Positions 23,301-31,701 of a DNA stretch of 64,000 nucleotides are shown here, in pieces. Location: contig CALSTB010000003.1 in the NCBI GenBank assembly GCA_943789165.1, positions 191,980-255,979 of the forward strand. The letters run 5' to 3'. A model generated the notes under the pieces. That model saw nothing but the letters and a program-made list of their open reading frames with translations. It ran no database searches and was not told where the DNA came from. Each line of letters opens with the position of its first letter. Within the stretch, counting starts at the first letter, position 1. This DNA is from an uncultured Bacteroidia bacterium (lineage in GTDB: Bacteria; Bacteroidota; Bacteroidia; NS11-12g; UBA9320). Position numbers and translations under genes: made by a program.

Positions 23301-23698
23301 ACTTGGTGCGTTCTAACTCTTGTGGATTTCAATATTACAGTGCTTACGGTATGCTCATTTCACCGAAGTGTTATGAAAAAGCAATGCCGTTTAAAAATGG
23401 TTTTGCCTTGGTCATGGACAATGGAATGTGGGGAGTAATCAATACAAATGGAGATGAAATTCTGAGTTGTGAATACGCCTCCATTCGAATAAATGAACAA
23501 GGAGAAATTTCGGCTAATAAATATCAAACCTATGGGCTCATTGACCAAAAAGGTCAAGAAGTCGTTTCTCCTACCTTCGATGATATCACGTATCTCCCTG
23601 ACTATAACCTATATACACTTCGGTATGGCTTTGTACCAAGTTATTTATCCGAAAAAGGTGAATGGTTGTGGCAAAGAAGTAGACTAACGTCAAGGTAA
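20339..23698 (+). CDS. WG-repeat (KWG-type) containing protein, about 1120 aa
   Basis: Signal peptide from the ATG at 20339. Many repeats of the form WGYINTSGEVVIKPIYD / GLVDTLGADIVPC / WGVINTNGDEILSCEY. Confidence 0.8.
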   Translation: MMFRFTILCSVLLTGLLPVLAQNEYLPIQEGKHWGYINTSGEVVIKPIYDLAHAFSNGAAKVQKEGKNFLINPEGKRISPMDIEDFRHVSNRILFTQNQKEGMCNYEGKVILEPIYSSILPTQIAGLFKVGIGNQFGLVDTLGADIVPCSFSYIQYISGVFWCLNSDDKTYSFYVPNSALYLPGDYTDIRYTNGRAFVQLNKRWYIDGNQDSLLSEGWQDVLHINKQYFVGINKGDTTLYAHNSLKPIANNFGFVESFDSNRLILNDEGIRNIVVGEHYIDSSFGFVSLQSGGSYFVLKNQLANYLDSNLNPMFEWKYRGIEPVDNNYARVRGDLGIGLLSLKSRREIISPRFSSLKIYDDRVKAYSKERSLWLFSITEEAATDSIEFKNYATVKAYSLDMSQGAVQKNNIAENAVVGRWFIEDQKWGYLSKSGAVLIKPIFSAYNPVGNTRFAIVQTQQFHSRTGALISTRYGIVDQVEGILLVYPNCTFIDQTMLADSSFSVVRIRNQYGAFALIHKSTGKTKRIQSPFIDDYVNGLARIYVGGKLSYTESPSNPHISVAYVFTNKYGYTLGTGYIRMQRYVRSKYKSAELRVYTVGGQWNYVDKHGNLLLSNHKNPLHQLTYATPFDPNNAVVYRQDTCALINSAGDFLSGFEFNKIVKVTDSVNSYYKVTRSSSSYNYYNKFGQNIGNVFEYGNDFNDGAAWIRRDGVFYILREDGTVVKTERNGIPYRNTFHDGYSPLRVDRLWTVVDTNGTFMFNPKMGKIIWCSDGYSAYRTSEVNKKGKRTRGYAVLDASGSRVSDQLYKSIQPFQNGYSFVRFQNSKTGFIDTTGAVVTKKRFSKTWGFDQNGLCVVRKGGEGVLSTSGKMIVPTKFSKVYIGDSAILAKVGKHVVVYNHYGKRLASYRKVERLGGFDNGLAMIRRKNKVGYIGTDGRWSIQPTYSKGSDFSNGVALVRNKNGQHVINSEEHILSSFGYKERIAISEGYLVRSNSCGFQYYSAYGMLISPKCYEKAMPFKNGFALVMDNGMWGVINTNGDEILSCEYASIRINEQGEISANKYQTYGLIDQKGQEVVSPTFDDITYLPDYNLYTLRYGFVPSYLSEKGEWLWQRSRLTSR

Positions 23699-23799
23699 GA
23701 GCGGTGTAATAATTAAATCATGTCAAAGTCTTTGGAATGTGGATAATTTTTGCTTAATTCGCTAGCCGTAGCAGGTATTACAAGCACTTATCCACATTC

Positions 23800-24234
23800 A
23801 TGAGCAACTCTAATTCGATACAAAGCGATTTCCAACTCAAGGATAACGTTTTGCTTATGAATCAACATCCTTACAATGGAGTCGTAAAAGAATATCATAC
23901 TGACGAAACCGTAAAAAGCGTTTCTCAATACATTGAAGGAAAAATTCATGGCATTTATAAAGAGTGGTACCCTAACGGAAAATTGAAAAAAGCGTGTTTG
24001 TTTAAATACGGAATCCAACACGGCGAATGTAAAATGTGGTGGGACAACGGCCAGGTAAAGCAAAACTGCTATTACACAGATGGAAAGTTGAACGGTGCGT
24101 TTGAGACGTGGCATGACAATGGAATAAAGTGCAGTTCAAAACATTATATCTCTGGCAAAGAGTGGGGTCGTCAAAAAGAATGGACCGAACTCGGAGAAGA
24201 AATCGAAAACTACTGTGTGAGTAATACAAAATAA
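23800..24234 (+). CDS. MORN-repeat-variant protein (YwqK-like)
   Basis: Repeats of the type GKIHGIYKEWYPNGKLK, HGECKMWWDNGQVK and GKLNGAFETWHDNG. Confidence 0.75.
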   Translation: MSNSNSIQSDFQLKDNVLLMNQHPYNGVVKEYHTDETVKSVSQYIEGKIHGIYKEWYPNGKLKKACLFKYGIQHGECKMWWDNGQVKQNCYYTDGKLNGAFETWHDNGIKCSSKHYISGKEWGRQKEWTELGEEIENYCVSNTK

Positions 24235-24320
24235 TCTCACTTTTTACCCCAACCTTTTAATAACTTTACTCGTCAGACATAAAAGAAGCTCTCTTTACGT
24301 TAGTTTTTATATGCCATTAT

Positions 24321-24878
24321 ATGTCGGTTAGCGATTTAGATATAATCAAATGGGGGAACGCCTGCAAGCAACAAGATCGAGTTGCACAGGAGAAACTGTA
24401 TAAACACTTTTACCCATTATTGATGCCCGTATGTATGTCGTATGTGACCAACAACGACGATGCAGTCGACATTTACAATCAATCCTTTTTAAAAGTATTT
24501 AGATCACTAGACCAGTATACTGGCACAGGTGCCTTGGGAGGTTGGATTCGAAGAATCATTGTGAATACCGCTATTGATTTCATTCGCAAAGAAGAAAAGT
24601 TAAAATTCCAAACACCCATTGAGGAAGCAGTTGGCATTGGCATTGAGACCAACATAATAGCAGAACTTACATCAAACGAAATATTAGCATTGTTTAGGTA
24701 TTTGCCACCAGCTCAACGGCTCGTGTTAAACCTATATATAGTGGAAGGTAATAGCCACGCAGAGATTGCCAAAGAACTCAACATTAGTGTTGGCACGAGC
24801 AAATGGCATTTGAATCAGGGACGTAAACTATTACAGGAAAAATTATACGATTACGGAATCGTGAGTAGACAACATTAA
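24321..24878 (+). CDS. ECF-type RNA polymerase sigma-70 factor
   Basis: The region 2 motif (GWIRRIIVNTAIDFIRK) and the region 4 helix-turn-helix (SHAEIAKELNISVGTSKWHL) are both present. Confidence 0.85.
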   Translation: MSVSDLDIIKWGNACKQQDRVAQEKLYKHFYPLLMPVCMSYVTNNDDAVDIYNQSFLKVFRSLDQYTGTGALGGWIRRIIVNTAIDFIRKEEKLKFQTPIEEAVGIGIETNIIAELTSNEILALFRYLPPAQRLVLNLYIVEGNSHAEIAKELNISVGTSKWHLNQGRKLLQEKLYDYGIVSRQH

Positions 24879-24892
24879 GCGACATAAATGAA

Positions 24893-26038
24893 ATGAAAAC
24901 TACCAATAAAGAACATATCATAAAAGACAAACTCGAAAGGGTTGATTTGCCTGATATGAATGCATCTTGGCAAAAAATGGAGCAATCCATTGAAGCGGCA
25001 GTTCCGGTTCAAGGGGGTTGGTCTGCGTTTCTTGCTAAGTATAAAATTTACCTAAACCTATTTGTTGCTGGCATTACCATTGGTGTTGTTGGTTTGTATG
25101 TGAAATCAAAAACACACACCTCAAACAACGTCTATACACCAACCGAAGTGGCGCCAGTACATCAAACCACCTATTTGTCTTTTAATACACAAATTGATCA
25201 CAACAACGACTTACCTGTTCCAGCATCTCCTGTAATTAAAGGTACAGAGATTGAAACGAATTCTGAGACATTACCTGCAATTCAAGAGAGAGAAGTTGCC
25301 GTATTAGATACGATAAAACCAGCACCTAAAGTTGAAAAGCCAACAAAACCGGTGGTTAATTACCTTGACACCACTGATGACGAACTGGACTTTGAGCAAG
25401 TTGATTTACGTAGAGATATTGAACGTCAGTTTCATTACGTACGAAACCAAGTTGGGATCAAAATCCAGACTGGCGTATTCCCAAATAACAGTGGACAAGG
25501 CGTGATGCAGACTACTGGATTTGGATTATTTGGTAGAAGGTTTATAACCGATCGGACTGCTATACATGTCGAGCTTGGCTACAATCCAATCGCTATTCGA
25601 CCAATCACCTATGTCGAAAATTATAATGTCTTTAATAATTTCAACTACACACAAACCGATAGTGCCATAGTTACTGGGTTAAAGTATGTAACCATCCCCG
25701 TAAACCTCTATGCTCAATTAATGCCTAACGTAAGCATATCTGGTGGCCCTCAGGTATCCTTTTTAACAGGACTTTCTGGAGAGTTAACACGGAAATATGA
25801 TTACCCCAATGCGCCAGAAACTGCCATGGTTACTGAAAAAACGAGTATATCCAACAGAGGCGGATTCAACAAAACAGATTTTGGAATCAATTTAGAATTT
25901 ACCGTCCACACCGGCAGACTAGAAACCGGCGTCCGGTTACAACAAGGCTTTGGCGATTACAGCACAAATAAGTTAAGTCGACAAAAACATTCCATTAGCA
26001 CCGCTCAATTAAAAGTATCATGGATCTTAAACGAATAA
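24893..26038 (+). CDS. membrane-anchored protein with a C-terminal outer-membrane beta-barrel-like domain (anti-sigma position)
   Basis: Short N-terminal segment, one TM helix (IYLNLFVAGITIGVVGLYV), a linker, then about 200 aa of alternating beta-strand pattern similar to PorT/OmpA-like barrels. Confidence 0.55.
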   Translation: MKTTNKEHIIKDKLERVDLPDMNASWQKMEQSIEAAVPVQGGWSAFLAKYKIYLNLFVAGITIGVVGLYVKSKTHTSNNVYTPTEVAPVHQTTYLSFNTQIDHNNDLPVPASPVIKGTEIETNSETLPAIQEREVAVLDTIKPAPKVEKPTKPVVNYLDTTDDELDFEQVDLRRDIERQFHYVRNQVGIKIQTGVFPNNSGQGVMQTTGFGLFGRRFITDRTAIHVELGYNPIAIRPITYVENYNVFNNFNYTQTDSAIVTGLKYVTIPVNLYAQLMPNVSISGGPQVSFLTGLSGELTRKYDYPNAPETAMVTEKTSISNRGGFNKTDFGINLEFTVHTGRLETGVRLQQGFGDYSTNKLSRQKHSISTAQLKVSWILNE

Positions 26039-26667
26039 TATATCTCGCTTTTCTGGTCTGTTTAGTTGGACACGTTCATGCCCAAATAGCGTTTGATACG
26101 TACGACATAAACCAGTCCATAGGAAAAGCGCGCATACAAATAGAAACTGGCAATTACCAATACCACAAGCCCGAATCAGAGAATTATTACAAATTTGGAT
26201 ATGGTATAGGTGGTGAAAGCTTAATTCCTTGGAAGGATCGATCTAAATTCAGTTTGGGTTTTGGCGTTCTATACAACGGAGTGTATGAAGAAATGAAGAC
26301 CTATAGTGTTGAAAATGCATCGTATTATTACCGTTCTACCACCTTAACCGGGCGATTAGTTGCCAATACTGCTGCGATGTATAAATACAATCTTGCACGA
26401 CAAGTCCAAGTGGGTGTAGGTTTCCAGGTAAATATCGTTTTGAATGAGTTCAAGGATCAAATTATCCTAGGTGAGTCTATTAGTGCCATCCCAGATATTT
26501 CTTTTCAACGAACAGAAATGTCTTTATTGGCCTCCATTGGTTATGTAGTTGACCCAAATTGGATGGTAAACTTAGTGGGACAATATGCGGTAAGTCCGCT
26601 CACACAAGGTGAAAATCCATCCTATATGCGCGGCATTCGCCTACAGCTATCGCGAAGAATTCGTTAA
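26020..26667 (+). CDS. putative outer-membrane beta-barrel protein
   Basis: Signal peptide ending HVHAQ and an alternating hydrophobic pattern. It overlaps the upstream gene by 19 nt. Confidence 0.5.
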   Translation: MDLKRIIYLAFLVCLVGHVHAQIAFDTYDINQSIGKARIQIETGNYQYHKPESENYYKFGYGIGGESLIPWKDRSKFSLGFGVLYNGVYEEMKTYSVENASYYYRSTTLTGRLVANTAAMYKYNLARQVQVGVGFQVNIVLNEFKDQIILGESISAIPDISFQRTEMSLLASIGYVVDPNWMVNLVGQYAVSPLTQGENPSYMRGIRLQLSRRIR

Positions 26668-26668
26668 T

Positions 26669-26965
26669 CTAAATACCCAAGCCTGGGATGTTTGGCAATA
26701 TGCCTTTCATTTCGCTCTCTGTTACCCTTTCTGCTTGATTCATTGCGTCGTTTATCGCCTCTAGTACCAACTTATCAATATCAGGTTTTAGAGCCGTTCT
26801 AAGCACGGATTCGTTAATGTCGACAGAAACTATCTTTTTGCTTGCAGTACACACGACTTTCACCAAATCCGACCCTGCAACACCTTCAACGGTAATGGAA
26901 TCTAGTCGTTGTTTTGCTTCCTCAGCGTTTTTCTTAAAATCCTTTAATTTATCTAATCCAAACAT
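26669..26965 (-). CDS. ybaB: YbaB/EbfC family nucleoid-associated protein
   Basis: I chose the internal ATG at 26965 (MFGLDKLKDFKKNAEEAKQRL…GLGI). The resulting 98 aa is the typical length and sequence for this family. Confidence 0.85.
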   Translation of the reverse strand: MFGLDKLKDFKKNAEEAKQRLDSITVEGVAGSDLVKVVCTASKKIVSVDINESVLRTALKPDIDKLVLEAINDAMNQAERVTESEMKGILPNIPGLGI

Positions 26966-27018
26966 GGTTTTCCTTTTGTGCAAAGGTGAAAAGTATTCTG
27001 GGATTAAACAACCATTCG

Positions 27019-27348
27019 TCACCGCCACATAGCCCAAGTTCGCCGTGTGTTCAGATAGTATCGATTGTGGTGGTTGTCAAACGCCTCTTTTTCAAAGCTT
27101 ATCGCCCGGTATGCTTTATCTACAGATCTCAACTTAATAAGATGGTACACAAACTCGCCAAGGTACAAGACGTAAAAAGGCAACACTAGCAGTTCACGTT
27201 GCTGTTTGAGATGAATTTTCTCATGATTTAACAACACTTTGTCTTTTATCAGCTCTCGGTGTTTGATAAAAATAAAAGGCCAAAAAGCAAACGCTCTTAT
27301 CTCTTCTCTAAAAAATGTTTTGAATAATATCGGTGAGCTAAACACCAT
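27019..27348 (-). CDS. small hypothetical protein with an HExxH motif
   Basis: 109 aa containing NHEKIHLKQQ. The metallopeptidase-like assignment is tentative. Confidence 0.4.
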   Translation of the reverse strand: MVFSSPILFKTFFREEIRAFAFWPFIFIKHRELIKDKVLLNHEKIHLKQQRELLVLPFYVLYLGEFVYHLIKLRSVDKAYRAISFEKEAFDNHHNRYYLNTRRTWAMWR

Positions 27349-27360
27349 GTGTTACGCCGA

Positions 27361-28197
27361 TTAGTACGGGATATCGTTAACTACCTTTTCCTTGGGCTTT
27401 TTAATGACAGGCTTAGTTTGAGCAGGAGGTTGTTTTACCGGTGCTGCTTCCTTCTTTTCAGCAGGAGGTTTTGTCGCTGGCTTAGGTGCCGGCTTGATAT
27501 TCGTTGTTTTTGTCGGTGTCGTTGTTTTAGCTGGTGCCTGACGTTGCTTGTTTTCTTCGATTGCGTCATTAGCCATTTGCGTCAATCGTTCATCCATGTC
27601 TGGATCTTGACTCTGTATCACTTTAACTACGTCGTCGTAAGCAATTTGATATGTATAAACACCATCTATCGCAGACAACTCAATGATAGAAAAGGTCGTT
27701 GGGTCTTGAATGTTCAGTTGAATATCTGCTATTTGATCTTCACTTGTTTTCAATTCAGTAAATGAAACCGATGTGTCCGTCGCAGGAGGTTCGGGTGCAT
27801 ATTCAACTGGCTCGGGCAATTCCGTTTCTTGAGTTGGTAGTGGTTCCACCTTAGGCGGCGCTTCTTTAAGAAAGAAATACCACACTGCACCTGCAGCAGC
27901 AGCTAAAACAACCACGGTACCAATTACCTTCATCATCATACTCTTTGCGAGCATGTCAGACTTATACGGTTTGTATCCACCTTGTTGTTTCCATTGCGAC
28001 ATGTCTTGACGCAATGAGGCACCCATTTGAACAGCCCCAAAAATTTCCAAATGTTCGACTGCGTGAATTTGTTGACGAACTGCTTTCGCAAATTCCAAAT
28101 CACTTCGTACCCTCATTTCAAAATCGGTCTTATCGTTTCCGATAAGCTTCCCCGCGATGAAGGCATCAATTAACGCTATGTCGTTTTCGTTAATCAC
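27361..28197 (-). CDS. putative anti-sigma factor with a Pro/Lys/Thr/Ala-rich C-terminal tail
   Basis: Translationally coupled to the upstream sigma gene by a 4-nt overlap. One TM helix (VIGTVVVLAAAAGAVWYFF). Low-complexity PAPKPATKPP tail. Confidence 0.55.
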   Translation of the reverse strand: MINENDIALIDAFIAGKLIGNDKTDFEMRVRSDLEFAKAVRQQIHAVEHLEIFGAVQMGASLRQDMSQWKQQGGYKPYKSDMLAKSMMMKVIGTVVVLAAAAGAVWYFFLKEAPPKVEPLPTQETELPEPVEYAPEPPATDTSVSFTELKTSEDQIADIQLNIQDPTTFSIIELSAIDGVYTYQIAYDDVVKVIQSQDPDMDERLTQMANDAIEENKQRQAPAKTTTPTKTTNIKPAPKPATKPPAEKKEAAPVKQPPAQTKPVIKKPKEKVVNDIPY

Positions 28198-28739
28198 GGA
28201 TTTAAATTTCGTTTAAGTTGACGAATACATTTGTATTTCTGTGTCTTGACAGAATCCGAATCGGCATATTCTAATGCCGATGCAATTTCTTGCATTGAAT
28301 ATTTTTGATAATAAAACATCAACAAAATTTGCTGGCACTTTTCGCCAAGGTACTTCATTGCTTGTTCCATTCTCTGGATGGCTTCTTCCTGTGTCTCTTT
28401 CCAATTAAGCGTGAACTCATATCCCAATTCTACGTGTTGTTCGTAGTCTTTCATTCTCGCCCATTTCCCTCCACGTTTTTTCAATTCCGTTAGCCAAATG
28501 TTCCTACATACAGAATAGAAATAGGTTTTGAATTTCACGGTAAGATTAAACTTGGAATGGTTGAATTTTTTGAATAGTACAACCAGTGCGTCTTGAAACA
28601 CATCTTCAGCATCAGATTCACTCCCTGAATTTTTCATGACCAAATTCCGGATCATTCCGAAATGGTCTTTATAAATCGCATGAAGGGTTTCTGAATCGCC
28701 TTTTTTTATGCCAGTAACTATGTTGTTCTCTTCGTTCAC
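28194..28739 (-). CDS. ECF-type RNA polymerase sigma-70 factor
   Basis: Region 2 (YFYSVCRNIWLTELKKR) and a region 4 helix-turn-helix (SMQEIASALEY…). Confidence 0.85.
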   Translation of the reverse strand: MNEENNIVTGIKKGDSETLHAIYKDHFGMIRNLVMKNSGSESDAEDVFQDALVVLFKKFNHSKFNLTVKFKTYFYSVCRNIWLTELKKRGGKWARMKDYEQHVELGYEFTLNWKETQEEAIQRMEQAMKYLGEKCQQILLMFYYQKYSMQEIASALEYADSDSVKTQKYKCIRQLKRNLNP

Positions 28740-28790
28740 TTAGAGATTAATAGTGGTAATGATGTAAAAGTAACCTTTTTCCGTGAAAAT

Positions 28791-29702
28791 TTAAACTCCA
28801 ATTGAGTCCTTACGCTTACGTACTGGTTGTTTGATGCTGCGTTCAATATATTTTATGACCTCAGAAGCGATGTCAATTCCGGTAGCTTTTTCAATTCCTT
28901 CCAATCCTGGCGATGAATTTACGTCTATCACGAGAGGTCCTCGATCACTTCTCAGCATATCCACTCCGGCAATCTTCAAATTCAGTGCATTTGCAGCTTT
29001 TACTGCCGCCATTTTCTCTTTGCGGTTTAACTCGACAGCTTGAATGCCTCCGCCTTTATGCAACCTACTTCTAAACTCTCCCGGTTTGCGTTTTCGCTTC
29101 ATTGCCCCCACTACTTTCCCATCAATTACAAACGCTCGGATGTCTTCGGTTTTCGATTCTTTGATGAATTCTTGAATGATGATGTTGGCGTCAAGTCCGT
29201 AAAATGCCTCAATTACAGAGCGAGCTGCCTTTGTTGTTTCAGCCAAAACCACCCCACTACCACGTGTGCTTTCTAGCAGTTTGATCACCAAAGGAGCACC
29301 GCCAATTTGTTTCAGCAAATTGTCGATATCACCAGGGTGTTTGGCAAACGCCGTTCTTGGAATGCCTACAGCAGACTTTGCCAACAATTGCAAACTTCTT
29401 AGTTTATCACGTGACCGCACAAGGGCCAATGAACTTAGGGTTGTAAAAACACCTTTTACCTCAAACTGGCGTATTACGGAGCTTCCGTAAAACGTAACTG
29501 AAGCGCCGATGCGAGGAATGATGGCGTCGACATTGTCGATTTCATGATCTCCAAGAAATATATCAGGATCTTCACTTTGCAGTACCATGTAGCACTTATT
29601 GTGATTAATAATGTGCATGGTGTGCCCCCTTTTTTCTCCTGCTTGTATCAGTCGTCGGGTTGAAAAAAGTGAAGACTTGCCACTTAGTACGGCTATATTC
29701 AT
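28791..29702 (-). CDS. rimK: RimK-family alpha-L-glutamate ligase (ATP-grasp)
   Basis: 303 aa. ATP-grasp motifs VIKLLESTRGSGVVL, DIRAFVIDGKVV and AGVDMLRS. Confidence 0.9.
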   Translation of the reverse strand: MNIAVLSGKSSLFSTRRLIQAGEKRGHTMHIINHNKCYMVLQSEDPDIFLGDHEIDNVDAIIPRIGASVTFYGSSVIRQFEVKGVFTTLSSLALVRSRDKLRSLQLLAKSAVGIPRTAFAKHPGDIDNLLKQIGGAPLVIKLLESTRGSGVVLAETTKAARSVIEAFYGLDANIIIQEFIKESKTEDIRAFVIDGKVVGAMKRKRKPGEFRSRLHKGGGIQAVELNRKEKMAAVKAANALNLKIAGVDMLRSDRGPLVIDVNSSPGLEGIEKATGIDIASEVIKYIERSIKQPVRKRKDSIGV

Positions 29703-30166
29703 TTCGCTAGTTTAGAGTCAGCTGAAAGATTGTGTTTTGACACATCTACCATAAATTTTTTGGATAAAAAACGTCTCCCAATCAATACTGGGTATTTCAT
29801 TTTCTTTCGATTTGTTAAGTTAAAGGCCACACGGTATTTCTTATCAAAGATTACCATTCTAAGTTGCACCTGATATCTAAATTCATAGTCACCAAATGAA
29901 CTTTTTACTTTGCGTTCTCTAAACTTATCTGTTTTAATTTCTACACCGTTATAGAGTGGATGGCGTTTGTCCAATAACGTAAAAACAAGGTGTTCAACCC
30001 CATTAATTTCTTTAATACGGATGCGTTCACAATGAATGGCAGACGTATCTGCACCAGTGTCAATTTTACACGGAATCCCACTAAGGCCTACTTCAGGTAG
30101 ATCTATCTTATCGATGATTCCTATCACCTGTAAGGTCTTATTTTTTATTGTACGTTGCCCACTCAT
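29699..30166 (-). CDS. RimK-associated retropepsin-like / ATP-dependent zinc protease family protein (DUF785)
   Basis: KIDTGADTSAIH aspartic-protease-like motif. Translationally coupled upstream of rimK, as in other bacteria. Confidence 0.7.
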   Translation of the reverse strand: MSGQRTIKNKTLQVIGIIDKIDLPEVGLSGIPCKIDTGADTSAIHCERIRIKEINGVEHLVFTLLDKRHPLYNGVEIKTDKFRERKVKSSFGDYEFRYQVQLRMVIFDKKYRVAFNLTNRKKMKYPVLIGRRFLSKKFMVDVSKHNLSADSKLAK

Positions 30167-30243
30167 GGATGCAAATTGTGGTACAAATGTGCGACAATCC
30201 TTTCAGAAAGTAATCATAAATTAATGCGAGAAAATTTTAGGTA

Positions 30244-30480
30244 TTACCGTTTAACACGTTTGTGTTTTTGGTATAAAACATAGGCAACTGCAAAAAGAGG
30301 AAAGATAAACCAATACAGCCAATGCCACTTGTCGATACTCACCAAATACGCAACCAAAATGGGTATTAAAGTCCATTTCAAGACAACAAAAAGAGCGGCC
30401 CACTTAAGGGTTTTTTTGTTGAAACCCCAGTTCACCATTTTCCTCCATATCGACCGTATACTCATCTGGTAGTTGCTCAT
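30244..30480 (-). CDS. small membrane protein
   Basis: 78 aa with two predicted TM segments and basic termini. Confidence 0.4.
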   Translation of the reverse strand: MSNYQMSIRSIWRKMVNWGFNKKTLKWAALFVVLKWTLIPILVAYLVSIDKWHWLYWFIFPLFAVAYVLYQKHKRVKR

Positions 30481-30631
30481 ATCTTTTTAACGTATTCATC
30501 AGTTGATTATTACTGATGGCTACGAATATGGTACAATGAAACAGATAAACGACTGAAAGAGTTTCAGGTTTGGACCTGATTTTTAACAGTTTAGACGAAG
30601 AAATTACACGAATCGATGAAATGGTCCGGTT

Positions 30632-31633
30632 CTACCACTTTATTAAGGCACTCGCCCAGGTAAATCCACTACCAAAAGCTGCCAAGCAAACGAGGTCTCC
30701 TTTTTTAACCTGACCAGAATTAACGGCTTCACTTAACGCAATTGGAATAGACGCCGCAGTTGTGTTTCCGTATTTCATGATATTGTTAAATACCTGGTCA
30801 TCACGAAGTTTCATGCTTCTTTGAATAAACTGGGCAATCCTTAAATTGGCTTGATGTGGTACCAATAAATCAATGTCTGACGGTTGATATCCATTTTTTT
30901 CCAAGGCTTCCATAATCACCTGCGGGAAACGGGTAACGGCATGTTTGAAAACGAAGTTTCCGTTCATATAGGGAAAATATGACAAGTCATTTTCGTCATT
31001 GTCTTTGATGATTTGATCCACCCATCTATTCGTGGCTGGGCCAATCAACGCAAGTTCTTTGGCATGTTCACCTTGACTATGCAAATGCGTGCTCAAAACA
31101 CCACTATCATCATCCGAAGCCGTCATTACCGCTGCACCTGCACCGTCTCCAAAAATGACAGTAACACCTCTACCGCGTGTTGATTTATCCAAACCTCCTG
31201 AGTGTAATTCAGAACCAATGACTAACACGGTGTTATACATCCCTGTTTTTATAAACTGGTCTGCAACGCTTAAACCGTACACAAATCCGGAACACTGATT
31301 TCGTACGTCAAGAGCACCTACAGTATCTAAACCCAAAGCCTCTTGTACTTGAACGCCTGGTCCTGGGAAATAATAATCTGGGCTTAAGGTGGCAAACACG
31401 ATAAAATCTACATCGGTGGCTTCGAGACCGGCATTTTTCAAAGCTTCTTTGGCCGCCTTCACTCCCATCCCTGAAGTCGTGTCTTCGCCAGGTACTACCC
31501 AGCGTCTTTCTTGAATGCCCGTACGTTCTTGGATCCATTCATCGTTGGTATCCATATAGGCTGATAAATCGTTGTTGGTAACGACATTGTCGGGTACATA
31601 AAAACCCATTCCGGCAATTTTAGAATTCCGCAT
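30632..31633 (-). CDS. fabH: 3-oxoacyl-ACP synthase III
   Basis: 333 aa. Active-site region RNQCSGFVYGL, then HQANLRI and GNTTAASIP. Confidence 0.92.
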   Translation of the reverse strand: MRNSKIAGMGFYVPDNVVTNNDLSAYMDTNDEWIQERTGIQERRWVVPGEDTTSGMGVKAAKEALKNAGLEATDVDFIVFATLSPDYYFPGPGVQVQEALGLDTVGALDVRNQCSGFVYGLSVADQFIKTGMYNTVLVIGSELHSGGLDKSTRGRGVTVIFGDGAGAAVMTASDDDSGVLSTHLHSQGEHAKELALIGPATNRWVDQIIKDNDENDLSYFPYMNGNFVFKHAVTRFPQVIMEALEKNGYQPSDIDLLVPHQANLRIAQFIQRSMKLRDDQVFNNIMKYGNTTAASIPIALSEAVNSGQVKKGDLVCLAAFGSGFTWASALIKW

Positions 31634-31701
31634 AGTTGTGTAATCTATGAATGCAAGTTAACTAAAAACGATGAAGACAGTCGATTGATATTCGACTAAA
31701 T

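Noticed and set aside
23788-24229. Two minus-strand ORFs (108 and 75 aa) opposite the MORN-variant gene
   Set aside because: They are antisense shadows of a gene with clear repeat motifs on the plus strand.
27349-27765. 138-aa plus-strand ORF, extremely Cys/Arg/Leu/Phe-rich (…RRFCRWLRCRLDIRCFCRCRCFSWC…)
   Set aside because: It is the antisense shadow of the Pro/Lys/Thr/Ala-rich low-complexity tail of the anti-sigma gene (27361-28197). That gene has proper genomic context through coupling to the sigma gene.
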